NCBI GenBank assembly: GCA_002633005.1
Contig: NMRA01000627.1
Span: forward strand, 154,561 to 215,529
DNA from: Phoronis australis
Taxonomy: Eukaryota > Animalia > Phoronida
DNA: 60,969 nucleotides
Direction: 5' to 3'
The notes beneath the pieces are model-generated. The model had not been told where the DNA came from. It saw only the letters and a list, made by a program, of their open reading frames with translations, and ran no database searches. Within the stretch, counting starts at the first letter, position 1. Every line of letters begins with the position of its first letter. A program made the translations under genes and the position numbers. This document shows, in pieces, positions 53,636 through 60,969 of the stretch.

Positions 53636-53721
53636 TTAAAGTTCACATATGTAACGTGCTTTGTAGCTGCATCTTTTGTTTTTCATGTTCAGGGTACTGG
53701 GATTGTAAACCGCGCATGGAT
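53636..53721 (-). CDS. Copy 4 last exon: CTLD C-half
   Basis: PCAVYNPSTLNMKNKRCSYKARYICEL*. Confidence 0.8.
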
Positions 53722-56068
53722 CTGAAAAAGAGACAACGGTTATATGCAGCAATTTACAGATGTTTGAGGTACTGACTACTTACGTGAAAACATCATAACT
53801 CAGTGCTGGTGCAATAAATTTGTTGTTTTACCTATATGTGTGGGCGTGCGCACGTGTGCTTGTGTCTTGCCGCAAACAACATTTCCAGTACAATAGAGTA
53901 TCTGTGATCAGCAGCACTAATGTAAATTTTATGCTGAAAGTTAGTTGATACATCTAAGACGAACTTAGGGAGACAGGGCCCCACCTCTTCGGAAACGACC
54001 AAAAACAAACGCGACAGACATGTAATGGGCAGATGTTATGCGAACATTTGCCTTCATAAAATTGTGATTCGTCCCCAATTTTTCGTCAAAAAAGTGTGGT
54101 AACCTTCCATCTAACCTTGATCCGCCAGCAGGGCCGAACATCAAGTTTCATGAAGGTTCAGTAGGTTCAGTAATGAATTTTCTGGTTCTCACTAACTAAG
54201 CCAGTTGAAATGTAGTCCTGTACACTGAACGTGACTTACAAGGATTTTTCTTTATTTCAAGTTACAACGCACTGCTAATGTATAGTGAGCTAATTAGCAA
54301 TTTATGATCAATACAGAGTAAATTTCTTGTAGAACAGCTACACAAATAAGATTACAACTAAAAGTACATACATAATTCTGTTCATTTAAAAACGCAGTTT
54401 CATTTTCAAAGAACGATGCTACTATAATTTGTTTGTTAAACAGTGGTCGAATTTAATATTCAGCAACAAGGCCGAAAATCTATAAGAGTCCTGTTTTGAA
54501 ACGTGGGTAAAAAGTAAATTCTTACCAACAACACTCCACACCTCAACGTCGGTCCATTTAACAGCATGTCCACAGCCGAGTGTTCCGTTGTAGGTGGATT
54601 TATTACAGTAGCCGTTAGACAGGAAGTACTTGTTGGAGCTTTCATAATATTTGCTATCACCATAGAACACCACCAGATCGCGACCCTTACCAAAGGTTGG
54701 ACCATGAAAGGAATCATCCACCAGAGCGCTGTGTTGATTCCTGTACTGGTTGTATCTGGCTGATGTGCATCCTTGTCTACACAGCCGAAACACGAATGCG
54801 TTGCTGTCGCGTTTCTCACCAACGGTGCTTGTCCAGGAGACAGAGGCATAACCACCGAACGTGGTTCCGCTCGCTGAATCTTTTCCCATAGTGATGGTTG
54901 GGCCCTTATTGTCACATCTGTCGTGAAATGCTGAACTGTTCATACCGTCACGTGATGCCCGGTACAGGAGCTTGGATGTCTTTTCCGGGAACCATTTTCT
55001 TAGCAAAGATACGTGGTCTGTAGTCAGTAGGTTTGAACTAAGAATGGCCTCCTTGTCTGAAATTCAAGAGTTTCATGCAAAAAGGGAGTATCATTCATGT
55101 TTCCAAGCTGACATTGCAATTGTGCTATTGGAAGTATAGCCAAATAATAAAAATGGCAGAAACCGAAATGTTAGTTTACACGATTTTTGTCACATTAACA
55201 TCCGAAAAGGAGTCACAATGAAACGTGAAACCTTAGTAGTGTATTCATGAACAAGCCAACGTAACAGAATGCTGGTAAAAACGACAGACAGTTAAAACTT
55301 ACTTGTCTGAAGCGTAAAGAAAGACAGTGGCGTTAATCTATTGTCAAGATGATGGGATTTTGAAATAAGCATAATTCTTAACTAGGGGATCCTGCATCGT
55401 ATAGAGTGGACGATTTGTTTCACTTAAAAATGCTTCTGAAATTTGATAGTTAACGTCATTGGCATTAATACATTTTCCGTGTCTTTACCTGCAGCCCAAA
55501 TGGTGTCGCCCTTTCTCAACGAATCTTGACCAAGCAAAGATCTCAAACGTTGAGCGTCCATAAAGACTACGCGAGAATTGTCTTCAAGACATTTCCTTTT
55601 CGCGGTTTCCCAATCCACAGATACGTTGCTCAGTTTGAAACACGAATGTCTAAAATAACGATATTGACTTGGGCAGTACAGTTTACTTAGAATGCGCTCG
55701 AAGGAAGACGATGACATTGCTCGTTGACGTATAACTTCCTGTCGTAACTCGGTAGCATTAAGTGAAAATGCATTGCGTAGTTCCGTGTGAGAGCGATTCA
55801 TGGTTCTTAAAACCATTGAATGAAACTCCAGGCTCTTACGTCTCTCTTCACTGCTTTTGTTTTGCATTTCTTCAAGCTTCGTTTGGAAGCTAGTTATGCT
55901 TTTTAGAACAGTCGATTGAAAGTCTCGGTTGCTTTTTTCTTCATCTTTCAGCAAGGAAATGACGGATTCTTCAAGAACAGACCTCTTAACCACAGCCGAA
56001 GTTGCCTGGGAAGGCGCGACTTTGTGACACAGCAAACCGCTGACTACTAGTAGATTAGCATAGAACAT
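53636..56068 (-). CDS. Copy 4 (type B): same architecture with the longest neck; exons 56068-55489, 55056-54526, 53721-53636 (~398 aa)
   Basis: Start assigned by homology (MFYANLL; an upstream in-frame ATG lies at 56098). GCAG|GTAAAG, TTTCAG|AC, GTTG|GTAAGA, TTTTCAG|AT; AATAAA at 53521-53526. Confidence 0.85.
54526..55056 (-). CDS. Copy 4 TLDc exon (531 nt, phase 1-1)
   Basis: Begins (D)KEAILSSNLL; the ATG seen in other copies is AAG here, so this is an internal exon. Confidence 0.9.
55489..56068 (-). CDS. Copy 4 exon 1: signal peptide, coiled coil, CTLD N-half
   Basis: ORF track 55424..56098, truncated at the conserved donor. Confidence 0.85.
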
Positions 56069-58851
56069 TTCTGCTGATAGGTTTATCCACAAAAACATGT
56101 ACAGTTAGATCGTTTCACAACACTAACACGCAACAAATGTCCTCAGTTGTAGAGTGTTTCTCAAGTTTGTGACATTTTTATGTTAAAACATAGACATAAC
56201 ATCTCTTGATAAGCTTGAAGTTTATAGTAAAGTGAAATGTTTTACTTGTAAGAGAAACACTGAGATTAGATAATTCCATGGTCAATAGTTTGTGTGCATG
56301 ATACACCGAAACCCATTCACACATGTACGCTGACACGTATATTAACAAACCCATGAGAGTAATCTCAGGTTTTTTGCATGAAAGTCACCATGTCTTAAAA
56401 TACGCAGTATCAGTGTAATGAGAAGCAAAACTTTCAAAGCGTTCCTACAGTGAATACTTACGCTTTTTAAGGTTCTAGACCGTGTACAAAATTTTTATGA
56501 CAAAAATCTAAAAAAGAGATACTTATTTTCGGGAACAATTGAAGAAATTTGAATTTTAAATAAAAAATAGTGTTTTATTTTTTACGTTAGGCAACTCTTA
56601 CACTAACACTGTTTGCAGACAGTCTCTAGCGAACTTCTCAGAACATGAAATGATTGATGGTGCTGTCACAGATTAAGTGGGTTAGTTGCTCTTCATGAGC
56701 TTGGCGAAATGTGTATTGGATGAGATGCTTGTTGTCGTAACAACGCGCATGTTCAGCATGCGAGTCCCAAAGTAAAAAAAAAACAATAAACAAAACAAAT
56801 GATCAGCATGACTGTCTTTACAATTAATATTACTCGTCTTTGAATATTTAAAATAGGCTGCGATACACGGGATAATTTACTGTTATTATTTGACGGGTTA
56901 GTCACAGTCTGACTCTTAGCGTAGGGTGGACAAAAGGCCAAATATTAGCGTATGGGTTGCCTCAAATGTCTGAAAACTACGAGATGGTAAAAACATTTGA
57001 CACGCTGGATTCCAGCATTTACTGTATGTCGATATCCAATTATTGGATGAACGATGAAACAGTTTTGCAATGTTGCATTGCTTGTTGTGGTGGCGATCAG
57101 GATAGTAATGTTTGTTTTGTGGCATTGCGGTAAAGAGTTTTGTCTTCTTAAGAATGACATACATGAGCACTACAGCAAATATAGAATCAACATTCGCCAT
57201 CATTTTCATGAGCAAAGTAGCTGTAACAAGAGTTGCGCCCAGTAACAAATTATATTAGTTTTTATACATTGTTCATTTGATTAAACTTGATGGCGAGTAA
57301 AAGTAATTCGTTGATCCTTCAGGGTACATTTGTCTTGTATCTTGTATGGCATCGTTGGTGAAGTAAAGCGCCCAGTATAAGTGGCCCCAACCTTAAGTTT
57401 TTCAGTATGACTTATAGCTTTGGGTGGACAAACAGCCAGTTATTGGGTGTGCGATGAAACAGCTTCGGCAATCAGGATATTAATGTTTGCTTTGTGGATC
57501 TGTGGTAAGTAGTTTTTGTTTTATTATGTACCACGCACATGGGCACTACACCAAATATTGAATAGAAATTTGCCATGGTTTTCATTGGCAAAGTATCTGT
57601 AACGGGAGTTTCGTCCAGTAACAAAGTATAATAGTGTTACCGAATTGTTTTTTGATGGACCTCTATGTCGAGAAAAAGTAATTGGCTGATCCCTCACTGT
57701 ATATTTATCCTGTACCTTTTATGGCATGATTGATGCGTATTGGGCAAATCGGCCATTGAAGCCTTTCAAAGTTATACCGGACCTTTTTGATAAGTCTGTG
57801 AGTTTTACCAAAATCTACAGAATAAGTAAAAAACGGTAAAACCTGATTTTGACTGTTTTCCAATCCATCCTTAATTGGGTCACGTGGGTAACCACGCGAC
57901 GGTATCAAAATTCCATTGATTATGTTCTTGATGAAGTCTCAAGAACGCTGCTTCAGTTTTCTAAGTTACCAATTCATAGATCTTTTGTGCAGCTTTTGAA
58001 AATCGTAACATTTCTTAGAGAAATACAATTCGTAACAGGCCTGTATAGCGCGTACAGTTCAGTGTCTTTAAGCTTCATATGAACCCACTCTGCTCTATCT
58101 GAGGTATCATAGGCGCTTCCCAAAGAAATAGATTTAAAAATTGCGGAACGAGCATTGGCAAGTGCGCCTATTCGATGACGTCATTAAGTCTTGGTGAGAT
58201 TTGGCTTAGAAATTTGGTTCAAGTGTTTACACATTGTTCAGTTACTTTGATTAGGTTTTACTTTTTGTAAATTGAAATGTTAATATTTTCTGATTATCCA
58301 TTGCATCCTTTCAATTGTTTCTGTAAAGTGTATCTTCTTTGCTCAAATTTTACAAAAGCTGATTTTTAAATAAATTTTGTTCCTTAAGCAACATCTGGAT
58401 GTTTGAAAGTGTTTTCTAAACATACAAAAACTGAGGTGTGATGAATCACAACAGTCATGTTTTAAACATTCGTTGCAAATCTGAATAAATATAGTGACGG
58501 AGTAATTTGATCATTAGACATCATTTGGTAATTAAAATGAAAACTGTCAGCATTTACAGCAGTGTGGCAAACATTCTATAACTTCTATGTTTTTCATCAT
58601 TCGGAAATTCGTGACAGAAATATTTAATCATCAGCGAATTTTTCAAAATCGTAGTTCAACAAGGTACATGTTGAAGCTCACAGTCAAGTCTGGTCTGAGG
58701 TCTTATTCACAAACAAGTTGGATTCGTGGCAATAAGTCGCCAACGATTCTATGCAGGCTTAAAGGGCCAAGGCTCGGCAAAAAAGCTAAATCTACAGAAA
58801 CTACAAACAACAGTCCCTCTCTACCTCTAAGCCAAATGCCACTTAGGCGTC

Positions 58852-58929
58852 AAAGAGGAGAGTATTATATGTCGAGCGTACTGAAATGATAAAGAGGAGA
58901 GTATTATATGTCGAGCGTACTGAAATGAT
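58852..58929. repeat. Perfect 39-bp tandem duplication
   Basis: AAAGAGGAGAGTATTATATGTCGAGCGTACTGAAATGAT x2; single in the paralogous site near 40417. Confidence 0.9.
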
Positions 58930-60377
58930 AGAGACACTGGCCTTGAAAGCAGTGCATGGCGGACAGATAACGGCGAGAATTGCAAATTTGTGAGAGAACC
59001 CGAACTTCCAAAAATCTATCCCCTTCTAAAATAATGATTGTTCATCCATGAAAAATCCTGCCCATGTGTCACATACTGAGCCACAACACCACGTTCCTCA
59101 CAATATCTTTTTTATCACTCCAGTTGGTCTGCTCACTCAGCTTGTCCGGAACCTGCTTTGCAGGTTGTTATATGTCCCCAATAATTCCAAAATTGCGTTT
59201 TGGTCGTACAACGATAATGCCCTGTTAAATGAAATTTCAAGAATCGGGAGAAACTTTCAAACATTTATACATACACAGCACTGATTTGTAGTTTAAGCGC
59301 AAACAATCTAAAATTACAACTTCTTCATAAAACAAATTCCTAACATTTCTTCTCGCATTTTTCGCGTGAGCAGCTCATTAGTGGTATTTGCCATACTCAA
59401 AACGTTTGTGTTTTAATAGGAGATTGCTGATTGTTGGGCTCCCGGCGAAAGCGTGTAGCGCCCTTATAGGGCATTATCGTTTTGCCATTGAAAATGATAT
59501 TTTTATCAAATGAGTTAAGACTTCTTGATATTATGTAGCTCTGACTATAGCTACAAAAATACTTGTGTCTTGTGGTTATATGGGTTCGAAAAGATTTAAA
59601 TATGTAACTGTGGTTTCGCTTGTAGACACTTCGCTGTCGTTGTCCAGTTTGATTTAGAAACCCACCGACTCGTGCTATATGCTCACTACACGCTCTGTAT
59701 CACTGCTTGTTGTGAAACTTTCAACCTTCGTGGAGCCCTTTATCAAATAGCTTTTTAACTGGTCGTTTTTACCTGTAAAGCTTCACATTTTCCGAACAAA
59801 TATTTAGTGGCCTGGAACACGAAAACTCTTAAAATACATTTCAAACAAATTGTGGCGAATCTTATTCAGTATGTTAACGTGAGATTTATTCATTTTAATA
59901 CTGCCGGAATTTTTAGAAATGAAATGTTAGACTATATCACAAACAACATCAAAACTTTTTCATCCTAATGACGTTTCCAAATTCTCCGCCCCTACTAAAA
60001 TATTTGCTCACTGCACTCAAAGAATTAGCCATTAAGTATTAGTTAATAATCGTCATTGTCTTATTTACATCCAAGATCACATTTCTATATAAGGAAATGC
60101 GCTACGTCTATGTCTTGCCATACCAAAAAAGAGACATGCTTTTACATTGTGGTATAACAATCGACGAAGTGACCAGCAGCTAATAGAATTTTTTTGAAAT
60201 TTGAAACAAAAAGGAAAATCCTTTGCAAACAACAGTGTGATTTCTTTTTCAATTGCTCTAAGACACATTGAGTAATGCAATTTAGCCTGTTTTTAGTATT
60301 CTTTACCACATTAATTCATGCCACAAACTCGTGCAGTACTTTTTCACGTTTTCCCCCGTGCGTGGGTGGGCGCAGGT

Positions 60378-60969
60378 TGTTACAGACCGGTGCTAATAGC
60401 TTTCGGTGCGAAGATTGACTGAAGATTGGTTCGAGTTAATCCTTTATTAATCTGTGACGGGACGTTCGTAACTTTACGCTTATTGTTATTCTTATTTAGT
60501 TGCAAATGTTCAGTTATTCTTATGCTAATGTCTTTGTTGCGTCTCTGTTCGCCTTTGTTACGGGGGCATGTGGGTGCGACTGTATGTGTCGGGCAATTCG
60601 CTAGCGACAGGCTTAGGAGAAGGGTGTTTCCTTCTTTTGCTTTCATGGAAAGTTGATGTTATCATGTGCAAATTGAACTGAAACGAATGCCTGGTGAGAG
60701 AAAATACATATTTTGAGGTTCAGTGGAGACTTGCTCTGTTACATTTGGCGCCCAACGTAAATCGAACAAACCAGAACTTTTCTCTGACGACGTCTGTAAA
60801 ATTATGACCGTGCTACGGCCTTGCATGGAAAGTTGAACTGCTTGCTGACTTTACAAGATTTATGTCGCGACTCGGGTAAGAATTTTCTGGAAAGGACAAT
60901 GTCTTAATTTGCTACTGTGGTCACAAGTTCGTGGTGGTGTCTGGAACGGATCCTCGTGCTCGCCAAGAA
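60378..60969 (+). mobile_element. 5' end of an LTR retrotransposon: LTR ~60378-60743, PBS 60746-60758
   Basis: TGTTACA...TGTTACA, then TT, then TGGCGCCCAACGT, complementary to the 3' end of tRNA-Lys(CTT). LTR start is approximate. Confidence 0.75.

Overview
AT-rich, intron-containing animal DNA, probably from an invertebrate, with a 545-N gap at 35454-35998. The core is a tandem array of four minus-strand paralogous genes at 15883-18778, 30136-34201, 44326-46764 (pseudogene) and 53636-56068, plus the 3' flank of a probable fifth copy at the right edge. Splicing the exons by hand (all introns GT-AG, phase 1) gives an unusual secreted protein: signal peptide, KR site, coiled-coil neck, N-half of a C-type lectin domain (CTLD), a complete TLDc domain, then the C-half of the CTLD. 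The TLDc domain therefore sits inside the lectin fold, where the sugar-binding long loop normally lies. It is encoded by a symmetric phase 1-1 exon and carries conserved N-glycosylation sequons, extra cysteine pairs and hypervariable Tyr/Ser-rich loops. The rest of the window is duplicated flank and many, often nested, transposon relics: CACTA/EnSpm-like, ISL2EU-like, Crypton-like, Kolobok/Sola-like MITEs, a solo LTR, and LTR-RT, Penelope and LINE fragments. Coordinates and domain calls come from manual reading; no database searches were run.
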